Assembly (NCBI RefSeq): GCF_004010195.1
Contig: NC_057719.1
Coordinates: 12,163,507-12,198,328 of the forward strand
From: Chiloscyllium plagiosum
Lineage: Eukaryota
DNA: 34,822 nt
Direction of reading: 5' to 3'
Shown: positions 21,020 to 34,179 of the stretch, one piece after another
Numbering within the stretch: the first letter of the stretch is position 1
Layout: each line of letters opens with the position of its first letter
Notes under the pieces: generated by a model
What the model saw: only the letters and a program-made list of their open reading frames with translations
The model's database searches: none
What the model was told of the DNA's origin: nothing
Made by a program: the position numbers and the translations under genes

Positions 21020-23735
21020 ACATAGAGTCAGAGAGATGTACAGCATGGAAACAGACTCTTTGGTCAAACCCATCCATGCCTACCAGATATCCCAACCCAA
21101 TCTAGTTCCACCTGACAGCACCCAGCCCATATACCTCCAAACCCTTCCTAGTCATATACCCACCCAAAATGCCTTTTAAATGTTGCAATTGAACTCGCCT
21201 CCACCACTTCCTCTGGCACCTCATTCCATACGCTTATCACCCTCTGTGTGAAAAGATTGCCCCTTAGGTCTCTTTTATATCTTTCCCCTCTCACCCTAAA
21301 CCTATGCCCTCTAGTTCTGGATTCTCTGACCACAAGGAAAAGACTTTGTCTATTTATCATATCCATGTCCCTCATAACTTTGTAAACCTCTATGAGGTCA
21401 CCCCTCAGCCTCCGACGCTCCAGGGAAAACAGCCCCAAACTGTTCAGCCTCTCCCAATAGCTCAAATCCCCCAACCCTGGCATCATCCTTGTAAATTCTT
21501 TCTGAACCCTTTCAAGTTTCACAACATCTTTCCGACAGGAAGGAGATCAGAATTGCGCGCAATATTCCAATAGTGGCCTAACTAATGTCCTGTACAGCCG
21601 CAACATGACCTCCCAACTCCTGTACTCAATACTCTGACCAATAAAGGAAAGCATACCAAATGCCTTCTTCACTATCCTATCTACCTGCGACTCCACTTTC
21701 AAGGAGCTATGAACCTGCACCCCAAGTCTCTTTGTTCAGCAACACTCCCTAGGACCTTACCATTAAGTGTATAAGTCCTGCTAAAATTTGCTTTCCCAAA
21801 ATGCAGCACCTCGCATTTATCTGAATTAAACTCCATCTGCCACTTCTCAGCCCATTGGCCCATCTGGTCAAGATCCTGTTGTAATCTGAGGTAACCCTCT
21901 TCACTGTCCACTACACCTCCAATTTTTGTGTAATCTGCAAACTTACTAACTACCTCTTATGCTCGCAACCAAATCATTTATGTAAATGACAATAAGTAGA
22001 GGACCCAGCACCGATCCTTGTGGCACTCCACTGGTCACAGGCCTCCAGTCTGAAAAACAACCGTCCACCACCACCCTCTGTCTTCTGCCTTTGAACCAGT
22101 TCTGTATCCAAATGGCTAGTTCTCCCTGTATTCTGTGAGATCTAACCTTGCCAATCAGTCTCCCATGGGGAAACTTGTCGAACGCCTTACTGATGTCCAT
22201 ATAGACCACATCTACCGCTCTGCCCTCATCAATCCTCTTTGTTACTTCCTCCAAAAACTCAACAAGTTTGTGAGACATGATTTCCTATGCTCAAAGCCAT
22301 GTTGACTATCCCTAATCAGTCCTTACCTTTCCAAATACATGTACATCCTGTCCCTCAGGATTCCCTCCAACAACTTGCCCACCACCGACATCAGGCTCAC
22401 TGCTCTATATTTCCCCGACTTGTTCTTACCACCCTTCTTAAACAGTGGCACCGTGTTAGCAAACATCCAGTCTTCCGGTACCTCACCTGTTACTATAGAT
22501 GATACAAATATCTCAGCAAGAGGCCCAGCAATCACTTCTCTAGCTTCCCACAGAGGTCTAGGGTACACCTGTTCAGGTCCTGGGGATTTATCCACCTTTA
22601 TGCTTTTCAAGACATCCAGCACTTCCTCCTCTGTAATATGGACATTTTGCAAGGTGTCACCATCTATTTCCCTACAGTCTATATCTTCCATATCCTTTTC
22701 CATAGTAAATACTGATGCAAAATACTCACTTTGTATCTCCCCCATTTTCTGCAACTCCACACAAAGGCCGCCTTGCTGATCTTTGAGGGGCCCTATTCTC
22801 TCCCTCGTTACCCTTTTATCCTTAATATATTTGTAAAAACTCTTTGGATTATCTTTAATGCTATTTGCCAAAGCTATCTCATGTCCCCGTTTTGCCTTCC
22901 TGATTTCCCTCTTAAGTGTACACTCCTACTTCCTTTATACTCTAAGGATTCACTCAATCTATCGTGTCTATACCTTATATTTGCTTCCTTCTTTTTCTTA
23001 ACCAAACCCTCAATTTCTTTAGTCATCCAACATTCCCTATACCTACCAGCCTTTCCTTTCACCCTAACAGGAATATATTTTCTCTGGATTCTTCTTAGCT
23101 CATTTCTGAAGGCTTCCCATTTTCCAGCTGTCCCTTTACCTGTGAACATCTGCCCCCAATCAGCTTTCGAAAGTTCTTGCCTAATACCGTCAAAATTGGC
23201 CTTTCTCCAATTTAGAACTTCAGCTTTTAGATCTGATCTATCCTTTTCCATCATTATTTTACAATTAATAGAATTATGGTCACTGGCCCCAAAGTTCTCC
23301 CCCACTGATACCTCAGTCACCTGCCCTGCCTTATTTCCCAAGTGTAGATCACATTTTGCACCTTCTCTAGTAGATACATCCCCATACTGAATCAGAAAAC
23401 TGTCTTGTACACACTTAACAAATTCCTCTTCATCTAATCCCTTAACAGTATGGCAGTCCCAGTCAATGTTTAGAAAGTTAAATCCCCTACCATAACTACC
23501 GTATTATTCTTACAGATAGCTGAGATCTCCTTACAAGTTTGTTTCTCAATTTCCCTCTGACTATTGGGGGTCTATAATACAATCCCAATAAAGGTTATCA
23601 TCCCTTTCTTATTTCTCAATTCTACCTAAATAACTTCCCTGGATGTATTTCCATGAATATGCTGTAATGCTATCCCTTATCAAAAATGCCACTCCCCCTC
23701 CTCTCTTGCCTCCCTTTCTATCCTTCCTGTCGCAT
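21020..23735 (-). mobile_element. About 2.7-kb 5'-truncated CR1 LINE (endonuclease end, linker, RT, 3' UTR), frameshifted
   Basis: Consecutive ORFs 22874..23341 (GASDHNS), 22323..22871 (KSPGP, PLFKKG), 21946..22278 ([19 protein letters not shown]), 21699..21911 and 21148..21522. Confidence 0.96.
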
Positions 23736-24490
23736 TAGTGGCCTAACCAACGACCTGTACAGCCGCAACATAACCTCCCAACTCCTGTACTCAATACTCT
23801 GACCGATAAAAGAAAGCAAACCAAATGCCTTCTTCACTATCCTGGATTAGTGGTGCTGGAAGAGCACAGCAGAATCTGGTTTCCAGCATCTGCAGTCATT
23901 GTTTTTGCCTTCTTCACTATCCTATCTACTTGTGACTCCACTTTTAAGGAACTATGAACCTGCACTCCAAGGTCTCTTTGTTCAGCAACATTCCCTTTGA
24001 CCTTACCATTAAGTGTATAAGTCCTGCTAAGATTTGCTTTCCCAAAATATGTTTGTATCAGAGTCTCCCATATTCTATATTCCAATGAATCTAATCCCAG
24101 TCTACTGTCTCTCATTCCCCCAACCCCTCAACACCAAAGTTAACTGAGTGAACCTCCTCTGCACCGACTAGTGCCAATACATCCTTTCTCAAGCAGACCA
24201 AAACTGGATGCAGTACTCCAAGTGTGGCCTCACCAGCACCTCATACAGCTGCAACATAACCTCCCTGCTTTTAAACTCGATCCCTTTAGTGATGAAGGAC
24301 ATAATCCATTTGCATTCCTAATTACCTGTTGTACCTGTCGACCAATCTTCTCTGATTCATGCACAAGGATACCCAGGTCTCTCTAAACAGCGCCATTCAA
24401 GTAATAATCCTTTTTAGTGTTATTCCTACCAAAATGGATGACTTTACATTTATTAATCTTGTATTCTATCTGCCAAACCTTTGCCCTCTT
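23736..24490 (-). mobile_element. Additional CR1 RT fragments; 23736-24048 parallels about 21570-21800
   Basis: ORF 23837..24115 (GKANLSRTYTLNGKV.G.VAEQRDLGVQVH). Confidence 0.85.
23844..23905. mobile_element. 62-bp Penelope-derived micro-insertion with 18-bp TSD
   Basis: tgccttcttcactatcct at 23826-23843 and 23906-23923; the insert consists of the two outer ends of the 4845-5081 palindromic element. Confidence 0.85.
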
Positions 24491-24902
24491 TTCAGATAAA
24501 ATATATTGCACAAAGTGTATTTGAAAAGAAAAGAGGAAATAAAAATTGAATTGTTAAATCTAGAGGATCCAATTTTAAAGGGGATGGAAAGGAATTAGGA
24601 GAATTAAGGATATTTATACTGTTAAAGATGGAGTGGAGAATGTGATTACAAAAGCATACACAAACAGAGGAAGAGAACAGATGCAAAAAAGTTATAATGA
24701 GGCATTATAAAACATGGCCTCAACTGTAGTATTGACCCCAATTCTTTTGTATTAGGCAGCTGGGAACTGTTGAGATTAACTGACATCACAAATTCATTCT
24801 CTCTTTGAAAAATGTATCCATCTCATGTTCTCCTTTTTTGTGGCTATGTGTACCCATGTAACTCCAGGTGGAGATTTGAAGCGAACAAAAACAGAAATTT
24901 AT

Positions 24903-25200
24903 GGGCGGACAGCATATGGCTCAGTGGTTAGCACTGTTTCCTCCTAGCACCAGGGAGCCAGGTTTGATTGCAGCCTTGGGTGACTGAATGGAGTTTGCAT
25001 GGGTTTTGCCAGATGCTCCAGCTTCCTCCCACAGTCCAAAGATGTACAGGTAAGGAAGATTGGCCATGCTAACTTGCCCCATAGAGTCTAGGGATGTGCA
25101 GGTTAGGTGGATTAGACATGGTAAATGCAGAACGTATGAGGTGCTCTTTGGAGGGCTGTTTAAGTTGAATGGCTTCTTTTAGCACTGTGGGAATTCTATG
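24903..25200 (+). mobile_element. Older HE1-like SINE
   Basis: tggctcagtggttagcactgtt...ggtttgattgc...cttcctcccacagtccaaagatgt. Confidence 0.8.
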
Positions 25201-25204
25201 ATTT

Positions 25205-25965
25205 GCCCAGTGGGTCTGCCATCATCTGTGAAAACAAAGCTAACAGTCCCATTTATACCTGCCTCTTTGAGGGTATTTAAAAAATTCCTTGTTCCAGTCC
25301 TGCTTAGGACCCCTGACCACAATGCCTTCATCCAGTACATTGATGACTGCATTGGGGCTGCGAGTTGGAAACATTCAATTTTGCTTCAATTACTTCTCTC
25401 ACCTTCACCTGGTCCTACTCTGATAATTCTGTCCCTTCCTTGATTTGTCTGTTTTCATATTGTGGGATAGGCTTTCCACTAATATGCATAACAAACTCAC
25501 CAACTCAACAGCTACCTTGACCACACTTCCTCACACTCGGCTTCCAATCCATTCCCCAAGTTTCTCTAACTCAGTCCAGTGATGTCACCTTCCACAGCCA
25601 CTAAGGTTGACAGGACCCTTAACTGTTTCCAACCCATTTCCACATTTTTGTTCCTCCCAGAACAGCAAAAGAGTTCCCCTTGTCTTCATTTTCTACTCCA
25701 CCAGCCTCTGCATTGAAAGTATCATCCTCCACCATTGCTGCCACCTCCATGTGTACAAGAAACTGTGGGCTATTTTTACCTCACTCCCAATATCTCTTCA
25801 CTGGTCCATGGCACCTACTCATGAAATGGCAGAATGTAAAGAACCTAACTCTTTACTTCCACCCTTACATTGTCCAAAGCCTTCTTCCAATTGCAGCAAC
25901 AATTTTCTTGCACTTTATTCAATCTGGTCTATCGTAATTGTTGCTCACCATGTAGTCTACTCTAT
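25205..25965 (+). mobile_element. Highly degraded Penelope (Neptune-type) RT to GIY-YIG remnant
   Basis: ORF 25198..25443 FIQYIDDCIGAAS (RT YIDD); ORF 25870.. FNLVYRNCCSPCSLLY resembles the GIY-YIG start and is cut by the next element. Confidence 0.7.
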
Positions 25966-25966
25966 T

Positions 25967-26872
25967 CTGGATTAGTGGTGCTGGAAAAGCACAGCAGTTC
26001 AGGCAGTATCAGAGGAACAGTAAAATCGACAAATATAGGCAGAGTGCCTGAAGAGTGGAGAGATAAATGAGAGGAGGGTGGGGGTGTGGAGAAAGTAGCA
26101 TAGAGTACAATAGGTGAGTGGGGGAGGGGATGAAGGTGATAGGTCAGGGAGGATGGTGGAGTGGAAAGGTGGAAAAGAAGATAGGCAGGTAGGACAAGTC
26201 TGGACAAGTCATGGAGACAGTGCTGAGCTGAAAGTTTGGAACTGGGATGAGGTGGGGGAAGGGGAAATGAGGAAACTGTTGAAGTCCACATTGATGCCCT
26301 GGGGTTGAAGTGTTCCNNNNNNNNNNNNNNNNNNNNNNNNNNNNNNNNNNNNNNNNNNNNNNNNNNNNNNNNNNNNNNNNNNNNNNNNNNNNNNNNNNNN
26401 NNNNNNNNNNNNNNNNNNNNNNNNNNNNNNNNNNNNNNNNNNNNNNNNNNNNNNNNNNNNNNNNNNNNNNNNNNNNNNNNNNNNNNNNNNNNNNNNNNNN
26501 NNNNNNNNNNNNNNNNNNNNNNNNNNNNNNNNNNNNNNNNNNNNNNNNNNNNNNNNNNNNNNNNNNNNNNNNNNNNNNNNNNNNNNNNNNNNNNNNNNNN
26601 NNNNNNNNNNNNNNNNNNNNNNNNNNNNNNNNNNNNNNNNNNNNNNNNNNNNNNNNNNNNNNNNNNNNNNNNNNNNNNNNNNNNNNNNNNNNNNNNNNNN
26701 NNNNNNNNNNNNNNNNNNAGGAAATTGTGGTCTCTAAAGAAGGAGGCCATCTGGTGTTTTCTGTGGTGGAACTGGTCCTCCTGGGAGCAGATACGGCGGA
26801 GGCGGAAGAATTGGGAATACGGGATGGCATTTTTGCAGGAGGTAGGGTGGGAAGAGGTGGGTTTGTAAAAAA
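25967..26872 (-). mobile_element. Younger Penelope (Neptune-type) element spanning an assembly gap
   Basis: ORF 25962..26981 ([27 protein letters not shown] thumb); its left edge is the same TGGATTAGTGGTGCTGGA string seen at 4845 and 23843. Confidence 0.85.
26317..26718. other. Assembly gap (N run)
   Basis: Run of n. Confidence 1.
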
Positions 26873-26877
26873 TGGCC

Positions 26878-28100
26878 TCCTTATTGAGTTCTTTGAGAAG
26901 GTGACCAAACAGGTAAATGAGAGTAAATCGGTTGATGTGGTGTATATGGATTTCAGCAAGGCGTTCGATAAGGTTCCCCACAGTAGGCTATTGTACAAAA
27001 TGCAGAGGAATGGGATTGTGGGAGATATAGCAGTTTGGATCAGTAATTGGCTTGCTGAAAGAAGACAAAGGGTGGTGGTTGATGGGAAATGTTCATCCTG
27101 GAGTCCATTTACCACTGGTGTACCACAAGGGTCGGTGTTGGGTCCACTGCTGTTCATCATTTTTATAAACGACCTGGATGAGGGCGTAGAAGGGTGGGTT
27201 AGTAAATTTGCAAATGACACTAAGGTCGGTGGAGTTGTGGATCGTGACGAAGGATGTTGTAGGGTCACAGAGAGACATAGACAAGCTGCAGAACTGGGCT
27301 GAGAAATGGCAAATGGAGTTGAATGCGGACAAGTGTGAGGTGATTCACTTTGGTCGGAGTAACCGGAATACAAAGTACTGGGCTAATGATAAGATTCTTG
27401 GTAATGTAGATGAGCAGAGAGATCTCGGTGTCCAGGTACACAGATCCTTGAAAGTTGCCACCCAGGTTGACAGGGTTGTTAAGAAGGCATACAGTGTTTT
27501 AGCTTTTATTAATAGAGGGATCAAGTTCCGGAACCATGAGGTTATGCTACAGCTGTACAAAACTGGTGCGGCCGCACTTGGAGTATTGTGTACAGTTCTG
27601 GTCACCACATTATAAGAAGGATGTGGAAGCTTTGGAACGGGTGCAGAGGAGATTTACTAGGATGTTGCCTGGTATGGTGGGGAGGTCTTACGAGGAAAGG
27701 CTGAGGGACTTGAAGCTGTTTTCGTTAGACGAAGGTTGAGAGGTGACTTAATAGAGACATATAAGATAATCAGAGGGTTAGATAGGGTGGACAGGGAGAG
27801 CCTTTTTCCAAGTATGGTGACGGTGAGCATGAGGGGGCATAGCTTTAAATTGAGGGGTGATACATATAGGACAGATGTCAGAGGTAGTTTCTTTACTCAG
27901 AGAGTAGTAAGGGTATGGAATGGTTTGCCTGCAACGGTAGTAGATTCACCAACTTTAAGTGCAGTTAAGTCGTCATTGGACAAACATATGGACGTACATG
28001 GAATAGTGTAGGTTAGATGGGCTTCAGATTGGTAGGACTTGTTGGTGCAACATCAAGGGCCGAAGGGCCTGTACTGCGCTGTAATGTTCTATGTTCTAAC
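26878..28100 (+). mobile_element. CR1 LINE RT domain and 3' end
   Basis: [35 protein letters not shown] (catalytic FADD altered to FAND); ends with a gttctatgttcta tail. Confidence 0.95.
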
Positions 28101-29289
28101 TATGTACAAGTCCTTCCTCTAACATATCTTTTATCTTCCCTTCTATAATACTAGTCTGATAAAACTCCCAATGAAGATTTACAAAACAACACTTCTTAAT
28201 TCAAAGCCAGGCAGCTTTCTTCTTCTTCTTAGAGATTCTGCTTCACAGGTTACTGATCAAAAAGGTACTCAAGACAGCTATTTTTCATGCAGTTTTTTTT
28301 ACCCGCCGGGGCTTAGCAGTTCTCCTGAATTATCAGACTACTTATCAGCCGTGCAGTATTGGATGGACAGAAATTTGAAGCAATTGTTTTCTCACCCTTG
28401 TCCGATCATTGCTCCCTCCTTGCCAGCTCTGTTCCTTTTCCTAGTGACTGAGATTAAGCCAGTCTGTTCACAACCTTTTTGTTACAGTTAATTGTTATAT
28501 GAGCCTCCAAATTTTTGTCCATGCTGTTGCTAAAATACTTATTTCCTACTCAGTAGCATCTTCTGACTTTGCCATTCTTGTGCAAAAATACATAAGACTT
28601 AGGAGCAATATTTGTTTTATCTTTTATTCTTTCATGACATCCCTAGCATTGCCAGCATGTGTTATCTCTCCCTAATTGCCCTTGAACTGAATGACTCTGA
28701 AATGGCATAGCAAGCTAAGCATATTGCTGTGGGTCTGATGTAACATATAGGCCAGACCAGGTAAGGATGACTGACTTCCATCCCGAAAAGACATCAGTGA
28801 TTCAGATTTTGTTTTACAATTATCACCATTTGTTTCATGTCACCATGATGCTAACATTTTATAGTTCAGATTTTTTGACTGAACGTAAGTTCCACCAGCT
28901 GCTGTTGTGGGATTTGAACTCATGGCCCCAGAGCATTAGCCTAGTCGTCTAGGTTAATAATCTAGTGATATTACCAGATGTCACCTGTTAGGCCATTTGG
29001 CCATACAGCCAACTCTGGCATTCAGCTGATTTGCTATGCTTTCAATTCAACATTACCACCTAACCCAATAAAATAATGACTCATCTGTCAGTCAAGAATC
29101 TATCTACTTCTGCCTTAAAATTATTCAATGATCAGGGCAAGAGAGGTTCAAAGATTCACAGCCCTCTAAGTGAAAAATATCCTCCCCAAATCAATTTTAA
29201 ATTGGAGACCACTGATTTCTAAACTGTGCCCCCTAGTTCTAGTCTCCGCCACAAGGCAAAACATTATTTCAACATCCAACCCATCAAGG

Positions 29290-31780
29290 CTCCTTATGGC
29301 TCACATCAACTCTAGCCTCCCAGCCTGCCTTGATCCCTTCCAATTTGCCTACCGTTACAACAGGTCACACAGTCATAGAAATGTACAGCACAGAAACATT
29401 CCCGTTGCTCTAACTCCTTCATGCTAACCAGATATCCTAATTTAATCAAGTGTCATTTGCCAGCTCTTGGCCCATATCCCTCCAAACCCTTCCTATTCAT
29501 ATACTCATCCAGATGCCTTTTAAATGTTGTAATTGTAATAGCCTCCACTCCTTCCTCTATAACATGCACCATCCTCTGTGAAAAAGTCCCTTTTAAATCT
29601 TTTCCCTCTCACCTTAAACCTATGCCCTCTTGTTCTGGACTCTGCCACACCAGGGAAAAGACCTTGTCTATTTACCCAATCCATGCCCCTCATGATTTTA
29701 TAAATTTCTATAAGGTCACCCCTCAGCTTTCGATGCTCCAGGGAAAACAACCCCAGCCCATCCAGCCTCTCCCTAATAGCTCAAACCCTGGTAACATCCT
29801 TGTAAATCTTCTGAACCCTTTCAAGTTTCACAACATCTTTCCTAAAGGAGACAGTATTCCAAAAGTGGACTAACCAAATGTCCTGAACAGCTGCAACATG
29901 ATCTCCAAAATCCTATACTCAACGTACTGACCAATAAACCATACCAAATGCCTTCTTCACTATCCTATCTACTTGCGACTCCACTTCCAAGGAACTATAA
30001 ATTTGCACTCCAAGGTCTCTCTGTTCAGCAACATTCCCCAGGACCTTACCATTAAGTATATAAATCCTGCCCTGATTTGCCTTTCCAAAATGCACATTTA
30101 TCTAAATTAAACTCCATCTGCCTCTCCTCAGCCCTTTGGCCCATCTATTCAAGATTCCATTGTAATCTGAGGTAACCTTCTTTGCTGCCCACTCCATCTC
30201 CAATTTTGGTGTCATCTGCAAACTTACTAACTGTACCTCCTCTGTTCACATCCAAAATCATTTACATAAATGATGAAAAGTAGTGGACCCAGCACCAATC
30301 CTTGTGGCACACCACTGGTGACAGGCCTGCAGTCTGAATAGCAACCCTCCACCACCACCTTCTATCTTCTACCTTCAAGCCAGTTCTGTATCCAAATGGC
30401 TAGTTCTCCCTGTTTTCCATGTGATCTAACTTTGCTAACCAGTTTACCGTGGGGAACCTTGTCAAACGCTTACTGAATTCCATATAGATCACGTCCACCA
30501 CTATGGTCTCATCAATCCTCTTCATTACTTCTTCAAAAAACTCAAATCAAGTTAGTGAGACATGATTTCCCATGTACAAAACCACGTTGACTATCCCTAT
30601 TCAGTCCTTGCCTTTCCAAATACATGTACATCCTGTCCCTCAGGATTCCCTCCAACAACTTGCCCACCACCCATGTCAGGCTCACTAGTCTGTGGGTCCC
30701 TGGCTTGTCCTTACCACCTTTCTTAAATAGTGGCACCACGTTCCATGGCAGACACCATCCCCCTGGCCCCACACTCATCCATGGAATGTCTGGATAACAA
30801 TGATGCTTTGGTAAGGATCCTATTAATTGACTAAAGCTCCATGTTCAACACTATAATTCCAACCAAACTAATCTCCAAACTCTGAGACCTAGGTCTCTGC
30901 TCCACCCTCTGTAACTGGATCATCGATGTCCTGGCCCACAGACCGCAGTCAGTGAGCATAAGCAACAATACCTCTTCCATGATAATCCTCAACACTCAGA
31001 AGGCTGTGTATTCAGCCCTTTGCTATACTTCCTATATACTCATGACTGTGTGGCCAAATTTCATCCTAACTCCATCTACTGTACATGTTTGCTGACAACA
31101 GCACCATTTTAGGCTGGATCTCAAACATTGACAAGATAGAATACAGGATACAAATAGAGTACTTAGTAGCATGGTGTAAAGATAATAATCTCTCCCTCAA
31201 ACAAAAGAGCTGGTCATTGACTTCAGGAAGCGAGGTGGAGGGCATATCCCTGTCCCTGAGATTGAGATGGTCGAGAGTGTCAGGTTCCTAGAAATAATGA
31301 TAACCAACAATCTGTCCTGGTCCACCCACATTGATGCTACGGTCAAGAAATCACAACAACACCTCTACTTCATCAGATGGCTAAGGAAATACGTCATGTC
31401 CGCAAAGACTCTTACCAATTTTTATAGGTGAACCATAGAAAGCATTCTATTCAGATACATCATGGCTTGGTACAGCAACTGCTGTGCCCAGGACTGAAAG
31501 AAACTATAGAGAGTTGTGAACACAGTCTAGTTCATCACAGAAGCCAAACTCCCATCCATCTATACTTCTTGATGTCTCAGGAAGGCATCCAACATAGTCA
31601 AAGAACCCTTACACCCAAGTTATTATCTCTTCCCACCTCTTCTTTCAGGCAGAATATACAAAAGCTTAAACACACTTACCAACAAATTCAAGAACAGCTT
31701 CTTCCACACAGTTATTAGATTTATGAAAGGACATCTCAAATTTTAAATTTAATGTTGATCTCGCTCTTAAGCATCTTTTC
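29290..31780 (+). mobile_element. Rex1/Babar-type LINE RT remnant, split by a CR1 insertion
   Basis: HINSSLPACLDPFQFAYRYNRS (about 29300-29367) continues at about 30742 with ADTI.LA.HSS.ECLDN...VRILLID*SSMFNTIIPTKLISKL*DLGL...LCNWI and MFADNST. Confidence 0.82.
29368..30741 (-). mobile_element. CR1 (HER1-like) 5'-truncated copy nested in Rex1/Babar
   Basis: ORFs 30542..30778 and 29520..29750; closely similar to 21020-22455. Confidence 0.93.
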
Positions 31781-31784
31781 TGTA

Positions 31785-32112
31785 TCATAGAATCCCTACA
31801 GTGTGGAAAGTCCACACCAACCCTCTGAACAGTAACCCACCCAGACACATTCTCTTATCCTTATTACTTTACATTTACCCTGACTAATGCACTGAACCTA
31901 CACATTTCTGAACACAATGGGCAATTTAGCTTGGCCAGTTTGCCTAACCTGCCCATCTTTGGACTGTGGTAGGAAACTGGAGCACCTGGAGGAAACCCAC
32001 GCAAACATGGCAAGAATGTGCAAACTCCACACAGACAGTTGCCCAAGGCTGGAATCAAACCTAGATCCCTGCCGCTGTGAGGCAGCAGTGCTAACCACTG
32101 AGCCACCATGCC
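31785..32112 (-). mobile_element. HE1-like SINE
   Basis: Head GGCATGGTGGCTCAGTGGTTAGCACTGCTGCCTCACAGCGGC, B box GGTTTGATTCC. Confidence 0.88.
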
Positions 32113-32239
32113 TCTGTAGCAATAATATTATACTCTTCGTTCTATCACCTTAATGCACTTTGTGAGGTATGATCTGCCTGGACTGCAGGCAAAGCAAAAC
32201 TTTTCACTGTAACCAGGGACATGTGACAATAATAGATCA

Positions 32240-32820
32240 AATCAAATCCTCAGGATCGTATGTTTCAAAAATATCGCCTGTCACTCTTCTAAACTCCAAA
32301 GAAAAGATGCCCAGCTTATATCAACTGATCAGATGCTGAAACCTCAAATCACGCCTCTGTTATCTCTAAACATGACAATTCCAATCCTTTCCTGGCTGGT
32401 GTCCCATGTTTTATCTGCTAGAAACTTGATTTTGTCCAAAGCTCCACTGCCTGTGGCTTCACTCACACCATGTTGTATTCCCCATTACCTCTGTGCTATG
32501 CTGACTCCAAGTCAAGCAGCATCCTAATTTTGAAATTCTCAATTTCATTTTCAAATCCCTTTAATTCTCACCCCTCTCTATCTCTGTAATCCCTACCAGC
32601 TACATCTAATGTCCTCCAATTCTGACCTCTTGAGCCTTCCTAATGTTAATTACAGTACTATTATCGATTGTGCCCGCAGTTGCCAAGGCCTAAGCTTTGT
32701 AATTTCCTCCCTTTCCATCTGACATTCTTCCTTTAACATGCTCCTTAACGCCTACCGCTTTGACCATGCTTTTGGTCATCTGACCTAATTATTCCTTAAG
32801 TGGCTCAGTGTCATATTTGA
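32240..32820 (+). mobile_element. Old L2 LINE 3' fragment (related pieces at about 28310-28575 plus and 10100-10630 minus)
   Basis: gatgctgaaacctc...cacgcctctgttatctctaaacatgacaattccaat...cctggctggt resembles the L2 motif AETLIHAFVTSRLDYSN.LLAG. Confidence 0.65.
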
Positions 32821-33001
32821 TTTTATAATTCACCACAAAGGTTTACAGGAAAGCCACACACACAGACCAAGTCCTAAACTATGAAAGCAACCACCCCAAC
32901 ACACACAAACGAAGTTGCATCAAGACACTATTCAAAAGGACCACAACACACTGCAGCACACCAGAACTGCAAAAAGAGGAAGAGGAACACCTATACAAGG
33001 T

Positions 33002-33353
33002 NNNNNNNNNNNNNNNNNNNNNNNNNNNNNNNNNNNNNNNNNNNNNNNNNNNNNNNNNNNNNNNNNNNNNNNNNNNNNNNNNNNNNNNNNNNNNNNNNNN
33101 NNNNNNNNNNNNNNNNNNNNNNNNNNNNNNNNNNNNNNNNNNNNNNNNNNNNNNNNNNNNNNNNNNNNNNNNNNNNNNNNNNNNNNNNNNNNNNNNNNNN
33201 NNNNNNNNNNNNNNNNNNNNNNNNNNNNNNNNNNNNNNNNNNNNNNNNNNNNNNNNNNNNNNNNNNNNNNNNNNNNNNNNNNNNNNNNNNNNNNNNNNNN
33301 NNNNNNNNNNNNNNNNNNNNNNNNNNNNNNNNNNNNNNNNNNNNNNNNNNNNN
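33002..33353. other. Assembly gap (N run)
   Basis: Run of n. Confidence 1.
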
Positions 33354-33417
33354 CAGAGACAGGCCACTATAAATGCCGGAGGAAACATCACAGAAGCGCT
33401 TCACAGGAGGCTCCCAA

Positions 33418-33457
33418 GCACTGAGGATGTCACCTAGACAGGGGACGAAACGTTTGC
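33418..33457 (+). ncRNA. Minimal hammerhead ribozyme motif, Poseidon-type Penelope
   Basis: GCA CUGAGGA u GUCACCU agac AGGGGAC GAAA CGUU UGC. Confidence 0.72.
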
Positions 33458-34179
33458 AAGACAAATTCCAAGCTCGGCGAACAGAACCACAACATTGATT
33501 TTATAATGCTACTGTGAATCTCCATATTTGGGACATGCCATTAAAGTTGTTATGTAAATACAAGCTCTTGTTGTTGTCATAAGAAAAAACCTTTTGCATG
33601 GCAGACTGTTTGGCTCTGGAATGCTAGGTAATGTGTTGAGGCAGATTTGACTGTAACTTTCAAAAAACAATTGATAAGCATCTGAAGAGAAAGTACTTGA
33701 TGGATATGGGGAAATGGTAGTGGGACTTGCACAGAGTTGGGTAAACTTGACCAAATAGTTGTCTTCCGTGTTGTAAACAATCTTAAATGGGATTTAGGAA
33801 CAAATGTGCACTATAGCCGAAAAACCTTGAAGGAAGCAGGACAACTTTGCTAAAAATGAGTAGAAATCCCTGCTTTTTGAAATCAAAGCACATAGTACAA
33901 AAATAAGAAAGTTATGCTAACACTTTACAATGTACAAATTCAAGAATAAGAATTCAAGAAATAGTTGTTGGGACTAAAACTACTCCATTATCCAATATGG
34001 TCATGCTGGTATTTTGCTGCAACTCCATTTTTCTTAATTAAATGACACAAAAAAGATATTTTTTTCAGCATTGAACATAAAGGAGCAGTTTAGACTTCAG
34101 CAAAGAGGACAAGGGGATTGATTAAGAGAAGAATACGAGGATGAGAGTAAGCTTAAAGTGAACAAACAAACTGAATGTA

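Larger units (their letters stand above)
32830..33494 (+). mobile_element. 5'-truncated Penelope (Poseidon type) with 13-bp TSD, spanning a gap
   Basis: VYRKATHTDQVLNYESNHPNTHKRSCIKTLFKR (RT thumb); ttgattttataat at 32817-32829 and 33495-33507. Confidence 0.88.

Noticed and set aside
25962..27373. Long ORFs of 330-409 aa (also 32879-33464)
   Set aside because: Inflated by N runs, and they join unrelated Penelope and CR1 pieces.
34069..34146. Plus-strand exon-like segment (tttttcag ... gtaagc)
   Set aside because: Stops in all three frames; it could only be non-coding and there is no further support.
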